Of a stretch of DNA of 64,000 bases, positions 38,973 through 48,844 are shown one piece after another. How positions within the stretch are numbered: the stretch's first letter is position 1; every line of letters begins with the position of its first letter. Location of the stretch: contig CAVVCZ010000004.1 in the NCBI GenBank assembly GCA_963746845.1, forward strand, positions 544,001-608,000, read 5' to 3'. The DNA comes from an uncultured Chloroflexia bacterium. Its GTDB lineage: Bacteria; Chloroflexota; Limnocylindria; Limnocylindrales; CSP1-4. The position numbers and the translations under genes are program-made. The notes under the pieces are model-generated. The model ran no database searches and had not been told where the DNA came from. It worked only from the letters and a program-made list of their open reading frames with translations.

Positions 38973-40904
38973 GTGGCAGTGACCGGGACCGGATCCGACC
39001 GCGGGGCGACGCGCTTCGAGGCGGTCGCCACGGTCCTCGCCGCCTGGATCCTTGCGGGGATCTATCTCGTGGGCTGGGCGTTGTCCGCGGGACAGACGGA
39101 GAGCTCGACCTTCTCCCCGTATCACCTGCCGGCCTACCTCGGGCTGATCGCGCTCGCCGTGGTCGTCGCCGAGCGCCTCATCGATCGTTCGGCTCGCGGT
39201 AGGTCGCGCGACCGCGTCCGGGCGGCGTGGGCCGGCTGGGGCATCGGCGAGCGCATGGTCGTCGCCGGGACGGCGGCGATCCTCGCCTACGTCGTCCTCG
39301 ATTTCGTCTGGGTCCAGCTGGTCGGCATCGGCTCCGGCGTGGAGGGCCGGCAGGCGCCGACGCGGATCTTCCTGGTCGTCGGGCTGGGGCTGGTCGCCGC
39401 GAACTGGCTGGCAGCCGCCCCGGCGTCGGGCCGTCCGGTCGGCTGGCTCGGCGTCCTCGGGTTCACCACATTGCTCGCCCTCGGCTACTTCTGGCTTGGC
39501 GACTGGCATCCCGTGTACAGCCCGATGGCCGGCCGGGTCGACGCCCGTGGCGATCTGACCTCGGAGGTCTGGACGATGGCCGCCGACGGGAGCACCCAGA
39601 CGCGGGTCGTCGAGGCGGATGGGTTCGAGGCATCGCAGCCTGCGTGGTCGCCCGATGGGAGCCGGATCGTGTACGTCGTCTGGACGCCGCGATCCGACGG
39701 CTCGGTTGGCGCCGACCTGTGGACCGCCGCGTCCGATGGGGGCGATGCCCGGCAGCTCACGAACGACCCCGAGTGGGACTGGATCCCGGCGTGGTCTCCG
39801 GACGGCGCGTGGATCGCCTTCACGTCGCGCGAGGCCGGGACACCCGCCCAACCGACGGCGCCCGCCGTGCCCCAGGCGGGTGGCGAACCGGGCGCGATCG
39901 CGACCGAGACGCACGACTGGGCGATCTACCTGATCCGCCCCGACGGGACCGAACGGCATCGCCTGACGACCGGCGGTGAGAGCCTGGCCCCGACCTGGTC
40001 GCCGGACGGCACGAAGCTCGCGTACCACGGGGACCGTGACGGGACGGACCAGCTCTTCACCGCGAACGCCGACGGGAGCGACGAGGGCCAGGTCACCACC
40101 GATCCGACGAGCCACTGGTCGCCGGTCTGGTCGCCCGACGGTCTGCAGCTCGTGTACGTGGGCAACGCCTCCGGCAACGACGACGTCTGGCGGATCGGCG
40201 TCGACGGCACGGGCGCGACCGACCTCACCAACGCGTCGGCCGCGGACCAGGTCCCGGTCTGGTCGCCCGACGGCAAGCGGATCGCCTTCGTCTCCGACCG
40301 GACCGGTGATCCCGAGATCTGGTCGATCGCGGCGGACGGCTCCGACGCGCGGAACCTGTCGCGGAGCCCGGAGTCGAACGACGGCCGGTGGAGCGTGTCG
40401 TGGTCGAGCAACGGGACGCGTCTCGCCTACGCCCGCTCGCCGCTCGCGGGTGTCGAGAACCCACCGACGGTCCGCGAGGACCTCGGGTTCGCCGGGATCG
40501 TGTTGACGGCGCTGATCCTTGCGCTCGTGATGGTCGCCACCGAGGCGGTCGGTGGGCTGCCCCGCGGCGGGCTGACGGTCGTCCTGGGGATCGCGACCCT
40601 GATGATCGCGGCCGTGTCGGACGGCTGGCGGTTCGTGCCGGCGGCCGTCGTCGCCGGGATCATCGGAGACCTGATCGTGAGCGGCACCGCCGGGCGACGC
40701 CGGCGGATCGTCCTGGCCTCCACGGTCCCGGCGGCGTTCGTTCTCGGCTTCTTCGTGACGATCGCGCTGACCGGCGGCCTCGCCTGGAGCCCCACCCTGG
40801 CCCTTGGCGCCGTGATGGCGTCCGCCCTGATCGGCGCCGGCGTGGCGCTGCTGACGTCGCGTTTGGCGCCCGCCGCCGACGCCCGCGAGGCGCCGGGCGG
40901 CTGA
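38973..40904 (+). CDS. Polytopic membrane protein with inserted TolB-like (PD40) beta-propeller
   Basis: About 5 N-terminal TM, 5-6 PxWSPDG repeats, about 4-5 C-terminal TM. Confidence 0.8.
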   Translation: MAVTGTGSDRGATRFEAVATVLAAWILAGIYLVGWALSAGQTESSTFSPYHLPAYLGLIALAVVVAERLIDRSARGRSRDRVRAAWAGWGIGERMVVAGTAAILAYVVLDFVWVQLVGIGSGVEGRQAPTRIFLVVGLGLVAANWLAAAPASGRPVGWLGVLGFTTLLALGYFWLGDWHPVYSPMAGRVDARGDLTSEVWTMAADGSTQTRVVEADGFEASQPAWSPDGSRIVYVVWTPRSDGSVGADLWTAASDGGDARQLTNDPEWDWIPAWSPDGAWIAFTSREAGTPAQPTAPAVPQAGGEPGAIATETHDWAIYLIRPDGTERHRLTTGGESLAPTWSPDGTKLAYHGDRDGTDQLFTANADGSDEGQVTTDPTSHWSPVWSPDGLQLVYVGNASGNDDVWRIGVDGTGATDLTNASAADQVPVWSPDGKRIAFVSDRTGDPEIWSIAADGSDARNLSRSPESNDGRWSVSWSSNGTRLAYARSPLAGVENPPTVREDLGFAGIVLTALILALVMVATEAVGGLPRGGLTVVLGIATLMIAAVSDGWRFVPAAVVAGIIGDLIVSGTAGRRRRIVLASTVPAAFVLGFFVTIALTGGLAWSPTLALGAVMASALIGAGVALLTSRLAPAADAREAPGG

Positions 40905-40959
40905 TCCAGACCGGCGCGTGGTGATCCGCCGCGAAGGCCGCTATGCCACGATAGGGAGG

Positions 40960-41778
40960 ATGGCCGCCACCACCGCCCGTCCGCGCCGGATCCGGCTCGA
41001 CCAGCTCCTGGTCGAGCGGGGCGTCGCGCCGTCGCGGGCACGCGCCCAGGCAATGGTGATGGCCGGCGCCGTCCGGGTCGGCGAGGGGGACGCCGGCAGG
41101 CTCGACCGGAAGGCCGGCGACCTCGTCGAGCCGGACATCCCGATCGCGGTCGTCGAACGCGATCCCTACGTCAGCCGGGGCGGCCACAAGCTCGCGGCGG
41201 CGCTCGATGCGTTCGGGATCGCGCCGGCCGGGCTGGTGTGTCTGGATGCGGGCGCCTCGACCGGCGGGTTCACGGACGTCCTGCTCCAGCGCGGCGCCGA
41301 GCGCGTCCATGCGGTGGACGTCGGCCGTGGCCAGCTCGCGGACCGGATCGCCCGCGATCCGCGCGTCGTCGTTCATGACCGCACGAACGCGCGATCGCTG
41401 ACGCCCGCGACTCTCGGCGAGCCGATCGACCTCGCGGTCGCGGACGTGTCGTTCATCTCGCTCGGGCTCGTCCTCGGGCCGATCGCGTCCACGCTCCGCC
41501 CCACGCCCCCGCCAGCGCGGATCGTCGCCCTGGTGAAGCCGCAGTTCGAGGTCGGCAAGGGCGGCACGGATCACGGCGTCGTGCGCGACCCGGCGACGCA
41601 CCGGGCGGTCCTCGAACGGGTCGCCGGGCGGGCCTCGGAGCTCGGGCTCGGGACACGCGACGTGATCGCATCGCCGATTCTCGGTCCGGAGGGCAATCGC
41701 GAGTTCCTCGTCGATCTCGCCGCCGGACCGTCGTGCGCGGACCTCGGCTCGCGGATCGCGGCGGTGACGGGCGGATGA
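40960..41778 (+). CDS. tlyA: TlyA rRNA 2'-O-methyltransferase
   Basis: RLDQLLV (S4), YVSRGGHKL, LDAGASTGGFTD, DVSFISL, LVKPQFE, GNREF. Confidence 0.95.
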   Translation: MAATTARPRRIRLDQLLVERGVAPSRARAQAMVMAGAVRVGEGDAGRLDRKAGDLVEPDIPIAVVERDPYVSRGGHKLAAALDAFGIAPAGLVCLDAGASTGGFTDVLLQRGAERVHAVDVGRGQLADRIARDPRVVVHDRTNARSLTPATLGEPIDLAVADVSFISLGLVLGPIASTLRPTPPPARIVALVKPQFEVGKGGTDHGVVRDPATHRAVLERVAGRASELGLGTRDVIASPILGPEGNREFLVDLAAGPSCADLGSRIAAVTGG

Positions 41779-42620
41779 GCGTGCGCCGGATCGGCTTCGC
41801 CTACAACCCGACCAACGATGCGGCGATCGAGCTGCGCGAGCGGGCCGACGGCTGGTGCCGGATGCACGGGGTCGACCAATGGGCGGCCCAGGCCCAGGAC
41901 TTCGACACGCTCTGCCGCGAGCTCGCGACGACTGACGTCCTCGTCGTGCTCGGTGGCGACGGCACGCTGCTGCGGGCCGCGCGGGCGGTCATCCAGGTCG
42001 ACGTGCCGCTGCTCGGGATGAACCTCGGCAAGATCGGCTTCCTCTCGAAGGTGGAGGCGAACGAGCTGGAGGCCGTCCTCGACAAGCTCGTGGCGGGGGA
42101 GTTCACGCTCGACGAGCGGATGGCGCTCGAAGCCCGGATCCTGCCGGAGGGCCGGGCCGACGGCGCGGCGGTCCATCACGCCCTCAACGACATCGTGATC
42201 GCGCGCGGCGCACTCGCGAGGGTGGTCCGGCTGGACGTCGCGATCGGACCGAGCCACCTCGCGACGTTCATCGCCGACGGGCTCGTCGTCTCGAGCCCGA
42301 CCGGCTCCACCGGCTACTCGTTCAGCGCGGGTGGGCCGGTCGTCGCGCCGGACAGCCGGAACCTCATCGTCACCCCGATCGCGGGTTACCTCTCGGCCAT
42401 CCGGTCGGTGGTGGTGGGGCCGGACCAGATCGTCCGGTGCCGGATCATCGACGCGAACGAGGCGATCGTCTCGATCGACGGCCGCGACGACGTGCCGGTC
42501 AACGTCGGCGACGTCGTCGAGGTCCGCGCCCTGGCCCGGCCGATCCGGCTCGTCGAGCCCGCGGGGAGCCAGCCGTTCTGGGACCTGTTCCGCCGGAAGG
42601 TCGAGCTGCTGCCCTCATGA
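41775..42620 (+). CDS. nadK: NAD kinase
   Basis: LGGDGT, NLGKIGFL, ALND, DGL..SPTGSTGYS. Confidence 0.95.
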   Translation: MSVRRIGFAYNPTNDAAIELRERADGWCRMHGVDQWAAQAQDFDTLCRELATTDVLVVLGGDGTLLRAARAVIQVDVPLLGMNLGKIGFLSKVEANELEAVLDKLVAGEFTLDERMALEARILPEGRADGAAVHHALNDIVIARGALARVVRLDVAIGPSHLATFIADGLVVSSPTGSTGYSFSAGGPVVAPDSRNLIVTPIAGYLSAIRSVVVGPDQIVRCRIIDANEAIVSIDGRDDVPVNVGDVVEVRALARPIRLVEPAGSQPFWDLFRRKVELLPS

Positions 42621-44401
42621 GCCGCCAGCCGATCGCCGTCATGGCGGCCGCCGACGACGACGCCGGCTCCGACCCCGGCGACGGCGGGGTATCGTCGGCC
42701 CTCGGACGGCTGATCGAGCTGACCGTCAACGACCTGGCGCTGATCGATCGTCTCCGCCTGGAGCTCGCCCCGGGGTTCAACGTCTTCACCGGCGAGACCG
42801 GGGCAGGCAAGAGCCTGCTCATCGACGCGCTCGGGCTGGCCACCGGCGCCCGCGCGGATACGACCCTCGTCCGGCACGGCGCCGACGCCGCGCGGGTCAC
42901 GGCCCTGTTCGACCGGCTTCCGGAGCCCCTGATCGCGACACGCGAGGTCTCGGCCGGCGGTCGATCCACCGCGCGACTCGACGACGAGCCGGTGACCGCG
43001 GCGCGTCTCGCGGAGGTCACCGGCGGCCTTGTCGAGATCCACGGCCAGCACGACCAGCAGCGGCTCCTCGACGAGCGCTGGCAGCGCGACCTGCTCGACG
43101 CCTTCGGCGGGCACGCGCCGCTCCGAGCGACGATGGCGGCCGCCGTGGACCGCTGGCGGGAGAACCGGGCGTTGCTCGCCACGCTCGAGCTCGACCCGCG
43201 CGAGCTGGCGCGTCGCCTCGAGCTGGCCGAGCACGAGGCGAACGAGATCGCCGCCGCGCGGCTGCAGCCGGGCGAGGCGGAGGCCATCCGCGGCCGGCTC
43301 GACGCGGCCCAGCACGGGGAGGCGATCGCCCGGGGCGGCGCGGCGCTCGTCGAGGCACTGGCCGGCGAGGAAGGCAGCGCCCGCGAGCTGACGGCCGTCG
43401 GACTGCGCGAGGCACGGACGATCGCCCGTCTGGACCCGCGGTTCGAGCCGCTCGCCGAACGGCTGGCCGGTCTGGAGGCGGAGCTGGAGGACGTCGCGTC
43501 CACGGCGCGCGACCTGGCCGAGACCATCGACCACGACCCGGACGAGCTCGCCCGGCTGTCGGACCGCCTGTCGGCGATCTACGCGCTGGAGCGGCGCTAC
43601 GGCGACGACGAGGCCGCAGTGATCGCCCACGGGGAGCGCGCCGCCGCCGAGGCCGAGCGACTCCGGGGGCTGGACGACGAGCGGGCCCGGCGCCAGGCGG
43701 ACGACGCCCGCCGGCTGGAACGGGTCGCCGCGGCAGCCGCGGACCTCTCGGCCGCGCGCACGACCGCCGCGTCACAGCTCGGAACGGCGGTGGAGGCCGT
43801 CCTCGTCGAGCTCGGCTTCCCGACGGGCGTGTTCGAGGTGGGTCTCGGACGGCTCCCGGCGGGCAAGGACGAAGCCGCGGTCGAGGTCGACGGCGACGCG
43901 CTCGCGTTTGATGCGAGCGGGATCGACGAGGTCGTGTTCCGTCTCGCCCCGAACCCGGGCGAGCCACCGCGCCCGCTGGCCCGCATCGCGTCGGGCGGCG
44001 AGCTCAGCCGTGTCGCGCTCGCGATCCGGCAGGTCCTCGCCGAGGCCGACGCCACGCCGACGCTCGTGTTCGACGAGATCGACACGGGCATCGGGGGCCG
44101 GAGCGCCGATCCGATCGGTCGCAGCCTCTGGTCGCTCGCCCGCGACCACCAGGTCCTGTGCGTCACCCACCTGCCGGGGATCGCCGCCCACGCGGATGCG
44201 CACTTCTCGATCGCGAAGCGCGAACGGGACGGGCGAACCGTGACGGAGGTCCGGCGGCTCGGGCGCGAGGAGCGGATCGTCGAGCTGGGCGCGATGATCG
44301 CCGGCGGCGAGGCGGGGCAGGGGACGGCGGCGCTTGCGTCTGCCCGCGAGCTGCTGGACCGGGCGGAGGTCTGGCGGGGCCGCGCCGTGGCGTCCGCCTG
44401 A
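42617..44401 (+). CDS. recN: DNA repair protein RecN
   Basis: TGETGAGKS, IHGQHDQ, ASGGELSR, FDEIDTGIGG, QVLCVTHLP. Confidence 0.96.
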   Translation: MSRQPIAVMAAADDDAGSDPGDGGVSSALGRLIELTVNDLALIDRLRLELAPGFNVFTGETGAGKSLLIDALGLATGARADTTLVRHGADAARVTALFDRLPEPLIATREVSAGGRSTARLDDEPVTAARLAEVTGGLVEIHGQHDQQRLLDERWQRDLLDAFGGHAPLRATMAAAVDRWRENRALLATLELDPRELARRLELAEHEANEIAAARLQPGEAEAIRGRLDAAQHGEAIARGGAALVEALAGEEGSARELTAVGLREARTIARLDPRFEPLAERLAGLEAELEDVASTARDLAETIDHDPDELARLSDRLSAIYALERRYGDDEAAVIAHGERAAAEAERLRGLDDERARRQADDARRLERVAAAAADLSAARTTAASQLGTAVEAVLVELGFPTGVFEVGLGRLPAGKDEAAVEVDGDALAFDASGIDEVVFRLAPNPGEPPRPLARIASGGELSRVALAIRQVLAEADATPTLVFDEIDTGIGGRSADPIGRSLWSLARDHQVLCVTHLPGIAAHADAHFSIAKRERDGRTVTEVRRLGREERIVELGAMIAGGEAGQGTAALASARELLDRAEVWRGRAVASA

Positions 44402-44409
44402 TCGCATCC

Positions 44410-45321
44410 GTGCCGACGCCGTCACTGGACCAGGCGATCGACGAGTACCTGACCTACCTCCGCGTCGAGCGCGGACTCTCGCCGGCGACGATCCGCGCGT
44501 ACCGCGGCGACCTCACGGACTTCGCCGCGGGAAGCGGTGTTGCGACGACCTGGGCGGACGGCCCGGAGGCAGCCCGCCGACACCTCGCGGCGCGCACGCG
44601 ACGCGGCCGCCCGAGCGACCCCGGCCTGGCCCCGACGTCGCTCCGCCGCCGCGCGGCGAGCATCCGCGGCTTCTACCGGTTCGCGTACGGCGACGGCCTG
44701 ATCGGTCGGGATGTCGCCGCCCACATCGATCTGCCCCGGCAGGGCCGGCTCCTGCCCGAGACGCTGACCGTCGCCGAGGTCGAGGCACTCCTGGAGGCGG
44801 CGCCGGACCTGCGCGGCCGGGCGCTCCTCGAGCTGCTGTACGCCGCGGGCCTCCGGGTGAGCGAGGCGCTCGGCCTCGACCGCGAGGACCTGTCACTCGA
44901 GGGCGGCTTCGTCCGCGTCATCGGGAAGGGCGATCGCGAACGGCTCGTGCCGGTCGGCGACATCGCGCTGGACTGGCTCGTCCGGTGGCTGGACGAGGGG
45001 CGGCCAACGCTCCTCGCCCTCCATCACGTCGAGCCCCTCCGCGGCGGACCGCTGTTCCTCGGCGATCGCGGCGGCCGCCTTGCCCGGCAGCAGGCCTTCG
45101 CGATCGTGCGCGCCGCCGCCCGCCGAGCCGGGCTGCAGAGCGGGGTGTCGCCGCACACGCTGCGCCACTCGTTCGCGACGCATCTCCTCGAGGGCGGAGC
45201 GGATCTCCGGATCGTCCAGGAGTTGCTCGGACATGCGAGTATCTCCACCACCCAGCTCTACACGCACCTCACCGGCGAGCGCGTCCGGGAGGTTTACGCC
45301 AGGGCCCATCCCCGGGCCTGA
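44410..45321 (+). CDS. xerD: Chromosomal tyrosine recombinase XerD
   Basis: VERGLS..T..AY, ELLYAAGLRVSE, GKGDRER, PHTLRHSFATHLL.GGADLR.VQELLGH, TTQLYTH; recN-xerD-scpAB context. Confidence 0.88.
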   Translation: MPTPSLDQAIDEYLTYLRVERGLSPATIRAYRGDLTDFAAGSGVATTWADGPEAARRHLAARTRRGRPSDPGLAPTSLRRRAASIRGFYRFAYGDGLIGRDVAAHIDLPRQGRLLPETLTVAEVEALLEAAPDLRGRALLELLYAAGLRVSEALGLDREDLSLEGGFVRVIGKGDRERLVPVGDIALDWLVRWLDEGRPTLLALHHVEPLRGGPLFLGDRGGRLARQQAFAIVRAAARRAGLQSGVSPHTLRHSFATHLLEGGADLRIVQELLGHASISTTQLYTHLTGERVREVYARAHPRA

Positions 45322-45344
45322 TCCTGAGAGGGAGCATCACCGTC

Positions 45345-46046
45345 GTGGCCTACGTCGAGAACCTCCTTGCCGACGGAGAGCAGCTGCTCCGCCGTGAGCA
45401 CCAGCACTGGTTCGTGCTCATCGCGAACGCGGTCTACGCGATCCTGATGTGGTTCATTGCCGTCCTCATCCTGATCCTCAGCGCTGCGCTCTTCCGGGGC
45501 AACGCCGGGCTGAGCTCGATCGCGGGCTGGGTCGTCGTCGGCCTCGTGATCGTCGGCCTCGCGTGGTTCGCGTGGCAGGCCCTGCGCTGGCAGAACGAGG
45601 AATTCGTCATCACCACGCGGCGGGTCCTCCAGGCCGAGGGCGTCGTGAACAAGACCGTCATCGACAGCTCGCTCGAGAAGATCAACGACGCGATCCTCAA
45701 GGTCTCGATCTTCGGGCGGATCTTCGGCTTCGGCGACCTCGAGATCCTGACGGCCTCGGAGAGCGGCATCTCCCGTCTGCGGATGCTGCGCAACGCGAAC
45801 GAGTTCAAGCGGACGATGCTCGACGCAAAGCACGACCTCGAGCTCGAGCTGTCGGGCGCCAAGCCGATGCCGTCCCCGGCGATCCGGACGTCCACGGGCG
45901 GGGCCGCCGGCGGGTCGGCCCCCGCCGCGACGTCCGCGGAGGACCTCACGCGGACGCTCGCCGACCTCGCCGACCTGCGTGATCGCGGCGCCATCAGCGC
46001 GGAGGACTACGAGGCGAAGAAGGCGGATCTCCTGAGCCGGATCTGA
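45345..46046 (+). CDS. Membrane protein with bacterial PH (bPH_2) and SHOCT domains
   Basis: 2 TM; FVITTRRV...GRIFGFGDLEI; LADLADLRDRGAISAEDYEAKKADLL. Confidence 0.82.
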   Translation: MAYVENLLADGEQLLRREHQHWFVLIANAVYAILMWFIAVLILILSAALFRGNAGLSSIAGWVVVGLVIVGLAWFAWQALRWQNEEFVITTRRVLQAEGVVNKTVIDSSLEKINDAILKVSIFGRIFGFGDLEILTASESGISRLRMLRNANEFKRTMLDAKHDLELELSGAKPMPSPAIRTSTGGAAGGSAPAATSAEDLTRTLADLADLRDRGAISAEDYEAKKADLLSRI

Positions 46047-46088
46047 CGCCCGGTACGATTGCGCGGTCGCCGCAGCTGAGGAGCGTTC

Positions 46089-46766
46089 GTGCACCTGGAC
46101 CTGGCCCACCTGATCCCGAGCCTCATCGCGGCCGGGATGATCCTCCTGATCTCGTTCCCGGTCCACGAGTTCTCGCACGCCTACGCCGCCTGGCGGCTGG
46201 GTGACGGCACGGCCAAGCTGTTCGGCCGGCTCACGCTGAACCCGGTCGTCCACTTCGATCCGCTCGGCGGGTTCCTGCTCCTCGTGTCAAGCCTCTACGG
46301 GTTCGGCATCGGCTGGGCGAAGCCCACGCCGGTCAACCCGAACAACCTCCGCGCCGGACGCTACGGCGAGGCGTGGGTCGCGGCGGCCGGGCCCGTGTCC
46401 AACCTCGTCCTGGCGGGGCTCGGCGCCATCCCGTTGCGGCTGCTGATCGGTGCGGTGCGTGGCGGGACGGACGTGCCGGACATCGTCATCGAGACGCTGG
46501 TCAACTTCGTCATCATCAACATCGCCCTGCTGATCTTCAACTTCATCCCGGTCGCGCCGCTCGACGGGTCGAAGCTCCTGTTCGCCCTGATGAGCCCGCG
46601 CGCCGCCTACCAGTGGCGGCCGGTGCTGGAGCAGTACGGGCTCCTGATCCTGCTCGCGGTGGCGTTCCTGCCGATCCTGCCGGGTGGCCAGACGCTGTTC
46701 CAGGCGATCTTCATCCGGATCGGCGGGCCGATCATCAACCTGCTGATCGGCGTCGATGTCATCTAG
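46089..46766 (+). CDS. Site-2 protease (M50)
   Basis: HEFSH, GRLTLNP..H.DP, GWAKP, AGPVSN, FNFIPVAPLDG. Confidence 0.92.
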   Translation: MHLDLAHLIPSLIAAGMILLISFPVHEFSHAYAAWRLGDGTAKLFGRLTLNPVVHFDPLGGFLLLVSSLYGFGIGWAKPTPVNPNNLRAGRYGEAWVAAAGPVSNLVLAGLGAIPLRLLIGAVRGGTDVPDIVIETLVNFVIINIALLIFNFIPVAPLDGSKLLFALMSPRAAYQWRPVLEQYGLLILLAVAFLPILPGGQTLFQAIFIRIGGPIINLLIGVDVI

Positions 46767-47271
46767 GCGCGCCGATCGGACGGCATCGTGGTGGGGCGAC
46801 AAGACCCGCCAGGCCGTCGCCCACCTGCGCGCCAGCGTGGACCGGGCGGAGCGGGCGGCACTGGCCGCGTGGCTCCGACCGGAGGAGCTGACCCTGTTCG
46901 ACGCGATGCACGTCGCGGATCGGCGGCACGGGCTGGACGTCGTCGCGTACCTGCGCGATGACGGGATGACCGAGGACGACGTCCTCGTCGCGGGCCTGCT
47001 CCACGACTGCGCGAAGGGCGACACCGGGCTCGGCCCGCGGGTGGCGTACTCGCTGGGGGAGCGGTACGGCCGGTGGATCGCGCGCCCGGCGACCCTCGTT
47101 CCGGGTTGGGGAGCGGCGCTCCAGCGACTCCGGGTCCATGCCGAGGCGTCCGCGCGGCTCACTGCGGCGGCCGGCTGCTCGCCGCGGACCGTCGAGCTGA
47201 TCCGCCACCAGGACCGCCCGGTCGATCCCGACGCGGGCGAGCGGCTGCGGCTGGCCGACGAGGCGAGCTGA
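46756..47271 (+). CDS. HD-domain protein
   Basis: DRRH, GLLHDCAK, IRHH, LRLADE. Confidence 0.78.
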   Translation: MSSRRADRTASWWGDKTRQAVAHLRASVDRAERAALAAWLRPEELTLFDAMHVADRRHGLDVVAYLRDDGMTEDDVLVAGLLHDCAKGDTGLGPRVAYSLGERYGRWIARPATLVPGWGAALQRLRVHAEASARLTAAAGCSPRTVELIRHQDRPVDPDAGERLRLADEAS

Positions 47272-48155
47272 TGGCCGTCGAGACGGGCGTCTCGATCGAC
47301 GCCCCGGCGGCGCCCGCCGTCGTGTTCGGGGCGGGTCGGCGGCCCGAGGCGTCGACGCAGGTCCGCCTCGAGAGCTTCGACGGGCCGCTGGCCCTGCTCC
47401 TCGCCCTGATCGAGGCGCGCCAGCTCGACGTGACGACGGTCCCGCTCGGCGCCCTCGCCGACGCCTATCTCGACGCCCTCGCCAACCTCGAGAGCGACCG
47501 GCTCGGCAATGTCAGCGCGTTCGTGGCCGTCGCCAGCCAGCTGATCCTCATCAAGAGCCGGGCGATCCTCCCGCGGCGGACCGAGACCGCACCGGGCGTG
47601 CTGCCCGAGGACGAGCCGGATCCGGAGGCCGAGCTCCGGGCGCGGCTGCTCCTGTACCGCGCCCACCGCGACGCCGGACGGCGGCTCCAGGAGGTCGCGA
47701 TCGAGCGCTTCGGCGTGTTCCGGCGCGAGCCGTCCGTCGCCGGAGCCTCCGGGCGGGCGGGCGCACGTCCGCCCGAGGGCCCGCCGATGGACGTCGCGGT
47801 CCTCGCCGCCGCCCTGGGACGGCTGGCGGTGATCGTCGAGCCGCCCGTGCCGCCCCCGGAGATCGTGCCGCGGACCATCACCCTGGCGGAGCGCGCGGAG
47901 ATCATCCGGGCGGCGATCCGCGGTGCGGGCACGATCGTCCTGCAGGACCTGCTCCGGGGCGTCCACGATCGGGTCGTGGTCGCGGTCACGTTCCTCGCGA
48001 TGCTCGAGCTGATGAAGCGGCGCGAGATCGTCGTGACGCAGGAGGCGCCGTGGGGACCGATCGTCGCGCGGGCGACGACGGCGGAGGAGCAGGCGCTGGC
48101 GGGCGTCGCCGTCGCCGACACGCCGATCGATGAGTCCCTGGAGTCGTTCGCGTGA
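47271..48155 (+). CDS. scpA: Segregation and condensation protein A
   Basis: FDGPLALLL.LI, LIKSR.ILP, VTFLAMLEL. Confidence 0.93.
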   Translation: MAVETGVSIDAPAAPAVVFGAGRRPEASTQVRLESFDGPLALLLALIEARQLDVTTVPLGALADAYLDALANLESDRLGNVSAFVAVASQLILIKSRAILPRRTETAPGVLPEDEPDPEAELRARLLLYRAHRDAGRRLQEVAIERFGVFRREPSVAGASGRAGARPPEGPPMDVAVLAAALGRLAVIVEPPVPPPEIVPRTITLAERAEIIRAAIRGAGTIVLQDLLRGVHDRVVVAVTFLAMLELMKRREIVVTQEAPWGPIVARATTAEEQALAGVAVADTPIDESLESFA

Positions 48156-48844
48156 TCGACGAGCCATCCGAGGCGGCCGCGGAGATCGCGCAGGAAGGAC
48201 ACCTGGACATCGATCACGGACCGGCCGCCGAGCAGCTCTCGGAGTCGCAGCTCGAGGCGCTTCTCTTCGTCGCCGAGCGACCGCTCACCAGACGCGAGAT
48301 CGCGACCGCCGCAGGCGTGGACCGGGCGACCGTCGACGCGCGGCTCGGCGACCTCGAGATCGCTCTGGCCGACCGTGGGATCCGGCTCGTGCTGTCCGGC
48401 GACCGCGTCGAGCTCGTGACCGCTCCGGACGCCGGCGCCCTGATCGCCCGCTACGTCGGCGTCGACGCGATCCGGCTGTCGCCGGCCGCGCTCGAGACGC
48501 TCGCGATCGTCGCCTATCGGCAGCCGGTCACGAAGTCGGCCGTCGAGCGGATCCGCGGCGTCGACTCGGACTACACGATCCGCTCGCTGCTCCATCGGCG
48601 GCTCGTCGTCGAGCTGGGTCGGTCGGAGGCACCCGGTCGGCCGTTCCTGTACGGCACCGGCTTCGAGTTCCTCGAGCGGTTCGGGCTGACCAGCCTCGAG
48701 GAGCTGCCGCCGCTCGACGTCGAGGTCGCGGCGCGTCTGATCGAGGAGGAGGACCGGGCGGCGGCAGATTCGGAGGCGTCGAACGGGACGGACGCGGCTG
48801 GCCCGGAGCCCGCGTCGTCGAACGGGGCCACCGAGCCCGGCTGA
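48152..48844 (+). CDS. scpB: Segregation and condensation protein B
   Basis: LEALLF, LSPAALETLAIVAYRQPVT, IRGV, PGRP.LYGT..FL..FGL. Confidence 0.96.
   Translation: MIDEPSEAAAEIAQEGHLDIDHGPAAEQLSESQLEALLFVAERPLTRREIATAAGVDRATVDARLGDLEIALADRGIRLVLSGDRVELVTAPDAGALIARYVGVDAIRLSPAALETLAIVAYRQPVTKSAVERIRGVDSDYTIRSLLHRRLVVELGRSEAPGRPFLYGTGFEFLERFGLTSLEELPPLDVEVAARLIEEEDRAAADSEASNGTDAAGPEPASSNGATEPG

Noticed and set aside
44410-45321. Tyrosine recombinase as a prophage or island integrase
   Set aside because: It has XerD-type motifs and a housekeeping recN/scpAB context, with no att sites or cargo nearby.
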